A DNA stretch of 63,230 bases, the filler included, from Bipalium vagum (Eukaryota): assembly GCA_037834085.1 (NCBI GenBank). It is 3 parts of 3 records of this genome, joined end to end, with 100 filler letters (N's around TTAATTAATTAA, not from the genome) between each part and the next. Parts side by side here need not be neighbours in the genome. Positions count along the whole stretch, not along the records: positions 16,597 to 43,502 come from JBBMKC010118761.1; 2 more parts are not named here. One strand, given 5' to 3'. This document shows, one piece after another, positions 26,656 to 38,215 of the stretch. Made by a program: the position numbers and the translations under genes. Position 1 is the first letter of the stretch. Every line of letters starts with the position of its first letter. The notes beneath the pieces are model-generated. The model was not told the origin of the DNA. It saw only the letters and a list, made by a program, of their open reading frames with translations, and ran no database searches.

Positions 26656-29600
26656 AAAACCTTCGGGAAAAATATAGTTTATGTTCAAATTATGAGCGGG
26701 GGGTAATAGTGGAGCGAGCACTCCCCATGGAAGCTGGCACTAATCCCCAGCTCTCCATTGGCCCGATTTTGTATCTCATTTTTAATAAGTGTATAAAAGT
26801 AGTTCTCAATATAATTATATATATGTATATTTCTTGTATATATATTACCAACATACACTTAAACAACGTGTACAATGCGTTGTCCTTGGCATCTCTGGTC
26901 ACAAGGACCAAATGTCAAATTATTGCCGATGGGGCTGCCAAGAATTATTTAGTTAACTAGTTTAGTTAACTAGCCTTACTAAAAGTTATACCACTTCAAA
27001 ATAAATGCCTTTTGCCATATCTGAGACAAAAAACTCTATCCTTTTTAACAACATATTAATAAATGACCGCCGCAATTGCAATCTTAATAATGTATTATAT
27101 ATTTTTAATTATAATATTACCCAGATGGACTGCACTGACTCCCAGCCATCTGTTCCAGGGCCACACCCCCAAAATTTCACGAAATTTCTCCCGATTTTAA
27201 TGACTTTTTTTACCAAAACCTACAGGAAAAATCGAATTCCCTGTTATAATTATTCGCGGGGGGGTGAAATGGAGCGCGATCTCCCCATGGGAGCTGGCAC
27301 TTATCCCCAGCTTCCCATTGGCCCATGTTATATTGTAATGCTTCAATGTATAAAAGTAGTTATTCATATATTTATTTATATTATAACCTACTATATTAAT
27401 ATACATTTAAACAACGCGTATAATGCGTTGTACATGGCATCATTGGTCACGAGGACCAAATGTCAGATAGTAGCCGATGGGGCGAACAAAGACTTTAGGT
27501 GTTACGTACAGGATAAGTCGACCCTATCGTATTTAGAGGTTTTAACAAAAACGGTAAGGGGATATGATAGGCGGCTTTATGAATTAGTCCCAATCGAACC
27601 AGTAGGGGCCACCAACCAACAACCACGGCCAACTCCGACCCCTACTGGCAAAAATAATGGCGCCATTAAGCACACAGGCCCAAAAAATTGGCTTAAAAAT
27701 CAAAAAAGTCACTCAAAATCGGCCACCATCAAAGACTTGATAGGAATGATTGAGGACTTACGGAGCGATATTAAGCGAGGAAAAGAAGAAGGCGATAGGC
27801 AAAGCGAGACGGTAGAGATAAAAGAAAAAGTTAAGTTAACGAAGGATAAGTATAAGGGCCCCAGCCTTACCATCGAGGCCACCAACGGGGATAGGAAGGT
27901 GACGGTTACAGGAGAAGAAGGATGGACCGTCGTTGGCAGAAGAAACCGCCAGCAAATCACCATCAGAACCAGCACAAACGGCAAGATCAACAACCGCCGA
28001 ATATAATCCAAAGGCCGAAGAATCCTCAACAGCCAGGCAAAAGAAATACTAAGAAAAAGACCACAAACCTGCTCGAATCCAACAAGAACAAAACAGACAA
28101 GAAAGTTTCAAACCAACTACCGTCCAACATTGAGCAACCACAATTGCCATCAAATACCAAGCAAATAACCGAAAACACGAAGCCAGATCCAACGCATAAG
28201 CCGAACAATTCCAAAACGGCTCCAAATTATAACATCCCCAAATACAATCACGAAAACTGCCCAAGACCGGACTTAATTGGGCAGAAGAGATGGATCTTTG
28301 CCGGCTGGCGCCCAATACACGGGCAAAACTCCAATATGTTCCGGGCAACATATCGGGAGATAAAGGTAAATCGTGTAAACATGCCCCTCCTGGTGGACTA
28401 CCGGTACAATCCGGATATGGAAAAACGTAAAGTAATCGGTTTTGGCTTTGCCCCGCCTGCAAAACCCATTGTACAGAAAAACCAAGTGGAACCAAATCAG
28501 TCAACCACCACTATCATCGAACAAACAACACAAACACAACCACTTGACACAATCATTGGATCACCACAAGAAACAATCACAGAGCAGCAATTGATGGAGG
28601 TCGACCTCGATGCCGAACCTACCTACACTATCGAGGATGAATATTTCCCGCCTCCGCCGGCTGAGGAAGATGAAGTCACAATCCTTGACGAACCAATGCC
28701 ACAAGATGACGAGGATGATGAAATCAATCCTCCTCCGCCAATGTTCAGATCCACCATTGCAACACAAACAATGATTGAAACGAGAGATTTCGGCACCCAG
28801 ACTATCCAAATGAACACCATCGAAATATCTCCACATGTCACCAGAAAGCCTCTTAAACGCCGAAAAACAATGATAACCCAATTCAATGAAAATAACTCTG
28901 ATGATGATGCATCTATTATATCAGTCGCGTTCTCCAGGAACTCATCATCAAACAACGCTCGACCGCTAATCCAAACAACACTCAAAACCATCAATCCACC
29001 TGCCTCAACATCAAACAATGTCTACGCTACCAATCCCGGCTGTGATTCACTCTCAGACCTTGATTCTGAAATTGAATTAAATGAAACGATATCACAACCA
29101 ACCACCAACGTTGAAGACATAGCGGAATCCTGTAATGGCTCCATGGATTTGAATGCCATTAATTATTTTGCAGGGGCAATTGACAATACGGACACAATTG
29201 CAACCTTTAAAGCCTACAATTCCCTAACGTGTAACTATTGTAACAACAAATACACCTTCAACAATGGCAAATCCTGTGGTTTCGACGCCCACCTTCTCAA
29301 CAACCACCAAATAAAACAAACACCGGATTCCATGTACCGATGCATCTGTGGCCAGGCAATTAGTAGGAAAAACTTGCCCTCGCACATCAGCTCACACATC
29401 AGAGCCACAATGCCAACATCCACCGACGTCTGCGACATTCCGCAGACTTGGAGCAAAGCTGACTAGGCAGCCACCAGATAGAGGCCTATCTCAGGACCAA
29501 AATTACCATCAAGAACCATATTTATATCAGACCCGGTCCTGCGATAGCCCTATCTCAAGGAAAGATTAAAGATTTTTATGAAATCTTTCCTTTTCATCTA

Positions 29601-29930
29601 CTTGGCGAATGGCAGAAAATCATGTGGCCAATACATTGGAAATCACATCACTGGCTCATCTTCCTTGCCGACCGTACCACCAGAAGAACATTTTTACTCG
29701 ATCCACAACAACCAAACCTTGATGAAGCCCAATTGGACCTTTTTTGCCTCCTCACAAACATCGTAAACAAAATTGGCGCACCGCTTGACCCAGATCCACT
29801 TGAAATGACCAAACCAGACTACCAGCCAATTCAAACAACACTCAACGACTGTGGATATTTCATCCTGCAATACGCCATTAAATTAGTCCTAAAAAACCAT
29901 CTTTTGCTGTTTTTTCCATGACAGAGAAGA
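26655..29930 (+). mobile_element. Short 5' fragment (26655-26940) plus Utopia-like copy C (N-terminal ORF, fingers, Ulp1; no RT)
   Basis: ORFs 27005-28006 and 27922-29466 are joined by a deletion frameshift. TGA-CTAG at 29460, then WPIHWKSHHW...QTTLNDCGYF. Confidence 0.9.
29457..29476 (+). promoter_or_regulatory. Putative UGA-CUAG readthrough signal (copy C)
   Basis: AGCTGACTAGGCAGCCACCA. A 10-nt deletion upstream relative to copy E shifts the ORF-track frame. Confidence 0.65.
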
Positions 29931-29932
29931 TG

Positions 29933-30173
29933 GTTCTTACCAGATTTCCCGGAGAAGATCTTATACAACCAACCAATCAAAATCGACTACCCTTTGGAAG
30001 AACATCTTCGAATTCCAACTCTGCGAATCCTGGTCGGATTCCAACGCCCGACCCATCTCCGGAAAGCCCTCGTCGAGACGATTCCGAGGCAATGCCCAGA
30101 TCCGCGGTACCACTCGCGGAACCGTGGGTCAAAACTGCTCCAGAAGATCCCGAGTGCCACAGTGTCGATGCCA
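29933..30173 (+). repeat. ~240-bp near-identical duplicate of 34407-34647
   Basis: Direct alignment shows one visible mismatch. It spans a Ulp1-truncation/GC-rich filler junction. Confidence 0.95.
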
Positions 30174-33100
30174 TAGCTATGATCAAAAGTGAACCAGCCA
30201 ATCAGCTTCAAGCTATTGATTTTATCGATTTCCTATTGGCTCACATAGGAGCCAACCAGACACCGATTTCAATTAGAAGATACAAATTCAACCAAATGCT
30301 GAATATTGAAATTTTGGACTTCCAATTCTCCGTGGATATGCCCCAGATCTCCGGAAGATTTTTGCTGCCCGACGATTGGGCTATGCCCCAGCGTAGCGTG
30401 GAAGAAATTTCTCTAAATTTTGAGAAATTTTTTGGAAGCCGAAAAATATGTTGCATGTGGCTTTTATCCCTTGCTAAGGGAGTTTTGCCACATGTCAAAT
30501 GTGGTAATGTTATTCAATTTGCAACCCGCCCTCCGCTTTGCTATTCAGGACCCGACAACGCCATAAATGCAGGAAATTCACCATGTCAATCCCGACCGAC
30601 ATTCCCGGAACATCAATCTTGCTCACCCCGGCTTCCCTGTAAGGAAGCGTCTGGGGAGTCCTATGGTCGTCTCGACGGCCGTGGGCAAGCCGAGTTGACC
30701 GGTGGAAAGTCAACAGAAGGTGATTTGAATAACTTTTTGCTGAATAATCGTGTTTTCCAATATTGTAATAGAATTTCTTATTTTAATACCCCCCTTAATA
30801 ATTTAATCGTTGATTTATATAGATTTGACACCAACGAATTCATCTACGATGAATTCATCACAAAATTTAAGCTAAACTCTAAGCTTTTCATTAAAGTTCT
30901 TAAATTTATTAATTACAAAATAGTAAAAATTTTAAACTGCGAATTTTTAATTATTTTCAACGTTCTTGGTGTCAAATCAAAGCAAAATTTCCAGACTATT
31001 TATTGTACTATTAAAGACTGTAATGCGTGCGGTCTTTCTTATATAAATCTAATTTTTAACGCATATTTAAATTCTTACTTAAACAATAAATTTTACGGTT
31101 TTTTAATTCTCGATTTTAGCCCTAAATTTTTACTCTATATAATAGAGAATTTTTTTCTCTATTATACGATAATTTTAAATAATTTATTGAGTGATTTTAC
31201 CCAGAGATATTACGTCTCAAAAATTCAACAAAATCTACTTAAACAAAATCAAGTAATATCTCTGGGTGAATTACTCCATTTTGAACTTTATACTGAGGCG
31301 TCCACCGTTATCCTGGAGACCGGAATTGTGCTATTTAGTACAATTTCAACGGTGGACTTTCTTTTAAGACCATCCCGAGCTAATTCCATCGCTCAGATAA
31401 ATAGTTATTTAATACCTAAAATTGCCAGTTTAGTTAGAAATTTACCAAAATTTCTAACTAAGTTATTTTCAAATTTTTTCCATTTTCTGCCTGCCTTCAG
31501 TATTTCTATTTCTCTTAGCCCAGGGCTTATGTTACATCATTTTAAAGGCCGGACGATCCCCTTTTATAAAAATATAACATCTAAAATTGATCGCCGCCTG
31601 ATAAAATGTTCTTCAATTTCAAAAATTATCTGTTTTGACACTCCTAGACCTAAATATTCCAAAACTTTAAACACTCTTTTAGTTAATGACCGCCGCATTT
31701 ACAGTTTTAATACTTTATTATATAATTCTAATTATTATAATTACCAGATGGTCTGCACTAACCTCCAGCCATCTTCTCCAGGGCCAAACCCCCGTATTTT
31801 CAATGTTTTTTCCCTGAATTTAACACCTCTTTTCACCAAAACCTTCGGGAAAAATCCTATTTATTGTTTCAATAATGCGCGGGGGGGGTGAATTGGAGAA
31901 TGATCTCCCCATGGGAACTGGCACTTATCCCCAGCTTCCCATTGGCCCATTTTATTTTATCATCTCTCAATGTATAAAAGTATTCTTCCATTTATTTATG
32001 AATGTTATCGCTTATTATACTAAAATACATTTACACAACGCGTATAATGCGTTGTACATGACATCTTTAGCCACCAGGGCTAAATGTCAGATAATAGCCG
32101 ATGGGGCAAATAAAGATTTTAGATGCTACGTTCAGGATAAGTTGACCCCATCGTATTCTGAAGTGTTAACGAAGACTGTTAGGGGGTTTGATGGGCGGCT
32201 CTATGAGTTAGTCCCAATTGAACCAGTAGGGGCCACCATCCAACAATCACGGCCAACTCCGACCCCTACTGGCAAAAATAAAGGCGCCGTTAAGAACATA
32301 GGCCCAAAACATTCATCTAAAAAATTTAATAGTCACTCAAAATCGGCCACTATCCAAGACCTGATAGGGATGATTGAGGACTTAAGAAAAGAGCTTAAGA
32401 AAGGGAAAGAAGAAAAAGGCGCTAGGCAGAGCGAGATGTTAGGAAATAAAGAAACAGTTAAGGTATCGGAGAGTAAGTATAAGGGCCCCAGCCTTACCAT
32501 CGAGGCCACCAACGGGGGTAGGAAAGTGACGGCCTCGGGCGAGGAGGGATGGACCGTCGTTCGTGGACAGAAGAAAAGCTGGCAGAAGAAGCCGCCAGCC
32601 AACTACCACCAGAGCCAAAACAAAAGGCAGAATCAAAGACTGAAATATCCTCCAATACCACCAAATAAAAACAAGGACCATCAATCAAACAAAACCCAGC
32701 AGAAGATCAAAACCAATCCAATTCAAAAGAACAAAGTATCCGAAAAAGATTTGAATCAAAAACCTCCAATTATCGAACAGAAGAAACCAACAACTAATAA
32801 AAATTTGCTAACTGACAACACCATAAAGGAGCCAACGCATAAGCCGAATAACTCAAAAACGGCTCCAAACTACAATTTCCCAAAGTATAACCGGGAAAAC
32901 TGTCCAAGGCCGGATCTAATTGGACAGAAAAGATGGATTTTCGCTGGCTGGCGCCAAATACACGGGCAAAAATCGAACATGTTCCGGGCGACGTACCGAG
33001 AAATAAAAGTTAATCGTCGCAATATGCCCCTCCTCGTGGACTACCGGTACAACCCGGACATGGAAAAACGAGGTATTATCGGCTTCGGTTTTGCTCCGCC

Positions 33101-34465
33101 CGTAAAATCAAACACCACCAAAAATCAAGAAAATCCTGCGGAGCCCACCATCAATCCTGGCAAGAAAACAATGTCAACACTACCACTCGAAACAATAATG
33201 GAGCCGGAAACACAACTAATGGAAGTCGATCTCGACGCCGAGCCGACTTGCTCCATTGAAGAGGACTATTTCCCACCTCCACCGGCTGAAGAGGATGATA
33301 TCATTGTCCTTGACGAATCCATACCTGAAGAAGACAATGAAAATGACGATGATGACATCATTCCTCCTCCACCGATGTTCCGCTCCAACATCGCAACGCA
33401 GACTGACAGAAACGAGGGAGATGGCCACACAAACTGGCGATATACTAACCGAAATCTCACCGATCGCCCCTCGCAAACCAATCAAACGGCGAAAAACCTT
33501 TTTCAACCGGACCAATCCAGACGAGTCCGACGACAATATTTCTATCATATCAGTCGCCTCCTCTCGCATATCCACAGCGAGTGCACGACCTCTCATGGCG
33601 GAAATTAGATCGATTGCACAACCACAACCACCAACTCATAACCCCTACGAAGACAATATCCACTGTGACTCTCTGGATGAAGAGGAAACACTAATCACTA
33701 ATGATGATAACATTCCGGAACTAATTTTCCCACCTGTTGAACCAGGAAATCCTAATGATAATTGTGGGGGCCGGATCAATCTAGACTCAATCACTTTCTT
33801 TGCCGCTGCAAACAACGAGACGTCAATTGCCACTGCCGAATCCTGGACCAAAATGATTTGTAACTTATGCGATTCAAAACCCTCCTTCACCATGAAAGAT
33901 TTCAAGCACAAGGGCCTAGATCAACATCACAAAAAGGCACATGGGTTACAACCAAATAAGCAATCCAGATACCGATGTTTTTGCGGGATCACCCTCACAC
34001 GTGACCTGTTCTATAGTCATCTCCAATCACATGGCAATGAACCAACTACAAACTCAAACGACATCACGGACATCCCTATCACATCGAGTGACAGGGAGGC
34101 CAGCTGACTAGGCAGCCACCACCTAGAAGCATACTTGCGGGCCAACATCAATAACCCATCAACCATATACATTCGGCCCGGACCCGCAGTTGCGCTCACA
34201 CAAGGCCGTATTGACCATTTCTTCGAAATTTTCCCATTCAACAAGCTTGGAGGATGGGAAAAAATCATCTGGCCCATCCACTGGAAGTCCAACCACTGGA
34301 TGGTCTTCCTAGCCAATCGAAAACGAGGCATCTGTTTCCTCTTGGACCCGGCGAATAAGAATCTCAATGAGGAACAAATGCAACTTTTCCTCCTTCTGCA
34401 CACCATGTTCTTACCAGATTTCCAGGAGAAGATCTTATACAACCAACCAATCAAAATCGACTACC
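30172..34465 (+). mobile_element. Utopia-like copy D: complete 5' half from the U2-derived leader to a truncated Ulp1
   Basis: CATAGCTATGATCAAAAGTG (U2-like) at 30172 opens a 570-codon frame. It continues via 31875-33608 and 33256-34107 (two small frameshifts), TGA-CTAG at 34105, then in-frame Ulp1 at 34108-34460. Confidence 0.9.
34102..34121 (+). promoter_or_regulatory. Putative UGA-CUAG readthrough signal (copy D)
   Basis: ORFs 33256-34107 and 34135-34662 are in the same frame and separated only by this TGA. Confidence 0.75.
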
Positions 34466-34659
34466 CTTTGGAAGAACATCTTCGAATTCCAACTCTGCGA
34501 ATCCTGGTCGGATTCCAACGCCCGACCCATCTCCGGAAAGCCCTCGTCGAGACGATTCCGAGGCAATGCCCAGATCCGCGGTACCACTCGCGGAACCGTG
34601 GGTCAAAACTGCTCCAGAAGATCCCGAGTGCCACAGTGTCGATGCCAGTCGACAATTTA

Positions 34660-37600
34660 TGAAGATCAATGTTGCTCACCCCGGCTTCTCTGTAAGGAAG
34701 CGTCTGTGGAGTCCTGCGGTCGTCTCGGCGGCCGTGGGCAAGCCGAGTTGGCCGGTGGAAAGCCAACCGGAGGTGATTTTGCTAAATTTACTAATTATAA
34801 TGGAATTATTCAATTTTCAAGTTATAATTATATTTTAAATGCCCCCCAATCTAATTTTATCACCAATCTATATCAATTTGGCACCAAGGAATTCATCTAT
34901 GATGAATTTACCACCACATATGGCCCAATTCTTAAGATTTTATTTAAAATAACTAAGTTTTTTAATTCTAAAATAGCAAAAAATTTATTTTGTCAGTTTT
35001 CGTCAGAATTTAACGTTCTTGGTGCCAAATTGAAGATAAAGTTTGGCATTATTTATATTATAATAGAAGGCTGTAATGCGTGCGGTCTTTATTATATTAA
35101 AATGAATTTTTATTTAGGCCATTTTAACCGATTTGAATGTGCGCCTAACAACGCATATTTAAAATCGGATTATAACAAACACAAGACCAAGCCAGAACCA
35201 ACGCACAAGCCGAATAATTCAAAAACGGCCCCGAATTATAATTTTCCTAAATATAAACGGGAAAACTGTCCAAGGCCAGATTTAATTGGGCAGAAGAGAT
35301 GGATCTTCGCCGGATGGCGCCCAATACACGGGCAGAACTCGAATATGTTCCGGGCGACATATCGGGAGATAAAAGTAAATCGGCGCAACATGCCCCTCCT
35401 GGTTGACTACCGCTACAACCGGGACATGGAGAAAGGGAAAATTATAGGCTTCGGTTTTGCTCCGCCCGCAAAATCCATTAACAACAAAAATCAAGAAGAA
35501 TCTAATCAGCCAACCATTAATCTCGTTGAGCAGACAATTCCAACGCAACCGCTCGACACGATCCAAGAAATACCGCAAGAAACAATCACGGAGCCGCAAT
35601 TGATGGAGGTCGACCTCGATGCCGAACCGACTTGCTCTATCGAGGACGAATGTTTCCCACCTCCACCGGATGAGGAGGAGGATGTCATACTCCTTAACGA
35701 GCCTCCACCAGAAGAAGACAACGATGATGATGATATCATTCCTCCTCCACCAATGTTCCGATCCACCATAGCAACACAAACGACCATTGAAACAAGAGAT
35801 TTCGGAACACAGACTATGGTAATGAATACAATCGAAATATCTCCACATGTCACCAGAAAGCCCATTAAACGCCGAAAGACAATGCTAACCCAATTCCATG
35901 AAAATAACTCCGATGATGATGTCTCTATTATATCAGTTGCGTCCTCAAGGAATTCATCATCAAACTACGCTCGACCTCTCATCCAAACAACAATCAAGAC
36001 CATCAATCCGCCAGCCTCAACATCAAACAATATCTACGAAACCAATCTCAGACCTTGACTCCGAAAACGATTGAACGAAACAATATCACAACCAACCATC
36101 AACGTCGAAGACATTGCGGAATCCTGTAATGGTTCCATGGATTTGAATACCATTAATTATTTTGCAGGGGCAATCGATAACACCAACACGATTGCCACCT
36201 TCAAGACCTACAACTCATTGTCATGTAACTACTGCAATAAAATTTATACCTTTAACAATGGAAAATCCTGTGGGTTTGACGCCCACCTCCTGAATAACCA
36301 TCAAATGAAACACACCCCAGAATCAATGTACCGGTGTATATGTGGGCAAGCAATAGCCAGAAAAAACCTACCATCACACATTAGCTCCCACATCAGAGCC
36401 ACGATGCCCACATCAACAGAAATCTGCGACATTCCACTCACTGCCGCAGATATCCATCCCAGCTGACTAGGCAGCCACCAGATAGAGGCCTATCTCAGGA
36501 CCAAAATTCCGAACAAAAACCACGTCTACATTAGACCCGGTCCTGCGGTAGCCCTATCACAGGGGTAATCAACACATTCTATGAGATTTTCCCCTTCCAT
36601 AGCCTTGGAGAATGGCAGAAAATAATATGGCCAATACACTGGCAATCCCAGCATTGGCTGATATTCCTTGCAGATCGAACATCCAGACGCGCTTTTCTGC
36701 TCGAACCAATGAAAACGAACCTAGACGAAATGCAGTTAAACCAACAAAATATGCGCTCCTCTCGACCCAGATCCAATTGAGCCAGCAAAACCAGATATTC
36801 AACCACTACAAGGATCTGCACCAGATTGTGGATATTTTATCTCAAAATACGCCATCAACTTCAGCGAGAATAAGGAATTTGAAAACCCAAATGTTGAAGC
36901 CATTCGGGATGAAATTGCACAAATTACAAAGGCCATCTTAAGCACCAGGATCCTAAAGCCAGACAACAAAGAAGAGGCAAAATCAACGCCCCCTATACTG
37001 GCAGAGGCCATCATCAGACTGGACAACCCGAATGACAACATCACAGATATCCTTGACATAGCAAGAAGAGCAACAGCTGACCTATTTCCAGCAAAATATG
37101 CAAAGGCGGCGAAGAAAACACCAGTTCATCAATATATTGAAAAAGAAACAGCCTCGGCCTTTAAACTCAGAGCCCAATATGAGAAAAACCCTAAAGACGT
37201 TTTTCTATCGCTCTTACCAACGAGCAATCCATCAACTCTACCAACTACTGAGGATATTGTGACGCACTTCACCACAACAGCACCGCCACCAATCGACCAA
37301 AATTTTCTACACAATATTCCTAGGCATTCCATTTCCACCATCACAGAGCCAATTCTACCATCAGATGTCGAAACAGCGATCAAAAATACCAACAAATCGG
37401 CACCAGGCCTGGATGGCTTCACATACGCTGATTGGAAGAAAATCGATCCGGAGTTCACGTTTCTTTCCAAACTATTCAACAGAATCATAACGACGAAAAC
37501 CATCCCGGAACAGTGGAAAAATTTCAAAACCACTCTCCTCCTAAAACCGGGAAAAGATGAAAATTCCCATCTCCTATCATCATGGAGACCAATAGCTGTA

Positions 37601-38215
37601 TTAACAACATCATAAAGACTATTCGCTTTGATATTAAACAAGCGTATGCTTGAGTGGATTAAACATCACCAACTTATAAATCGCAATCAAAAGGCCCTTC
37701 TCTCAGACAATGGATGTGCAGAACACAATGCCACCATTAACGGCATTACCAAAGCAGCAAAGCAGGAGAAAAAAGAATATCACATCTGCTTCTTGGACAT
37801 TGCCAAGGCCTTTCCAAGCGTACCTTACCAACTATTATGGCAAACTCTGAACCGATTAGGCGTTTCCGCAGACACGATTACACTCTTCAAAAAGATCTAT
37901 GAAGACAACAAGACCTCCTACGCATGCCAACATTTAACAACAACACCCATCACGATAAACCAGGGAGTCAAATAGGGTTGTCCTCTATCGATAACCCTAT
38001 TTTGCCTCAGCATAAATTTTATGCTTAACAATATCGAACAGACCACGCCAAAACTCACAGCCTTTGGCACTGAATGGAACATCCTCGCGTACGCGGATGA
38101 TATTGCCATCATCGCGCCAACAAACAAATCTCTACAAGCGAAAATTAACACCATCGTAGCCCTTGCAAAAGGAATCAGCCTAAAATTTAGACTCAGCAAA
38201 TGCGGCTATTTCTCC
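34660..38215 (+). mobile_element. Utopia-like copy E (internally deleted N-terminus, fingers, Ulp1, RT; 3'-truncated)
   Basis: Homologous N-terminal blocks, TGA-CTAG at 36464, QGSAPDCGYF, SAPGLDG, SSWRPIA, DIAKAFPSVP, GVK*GCPLS and LAYADD. Confidence 0.9.
36461..36480 (+). promoter_or_regulatory. Putative UGA-CUAG readthrough signal (copy E)
   Basis: CCC AGC TGA CTA GGC AGC CAC CAG ATA GAG GCC TAT CTC (HPS*LGSHQIEAYL). Confidence 0.7.

Noticed and set aside
27922-28006. Overlapping ORFs 27005-28006 and 27922-29466 as a real two-ORF overlap
   Set aside because: Copies A and D are in frame here; copy C has a short deletion.
31880-31890. G8 run as a programmed frameshift
   Set aside because: Copy C has G7 and reads through in frame; a homopolymer indel is simpler.
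17767-35865. Recurrent antisense ORFs (GGGGIISSSS...) in several copies
   Set aside because: These are shadows of the conserved sense-strand PPPP/DDD codons.
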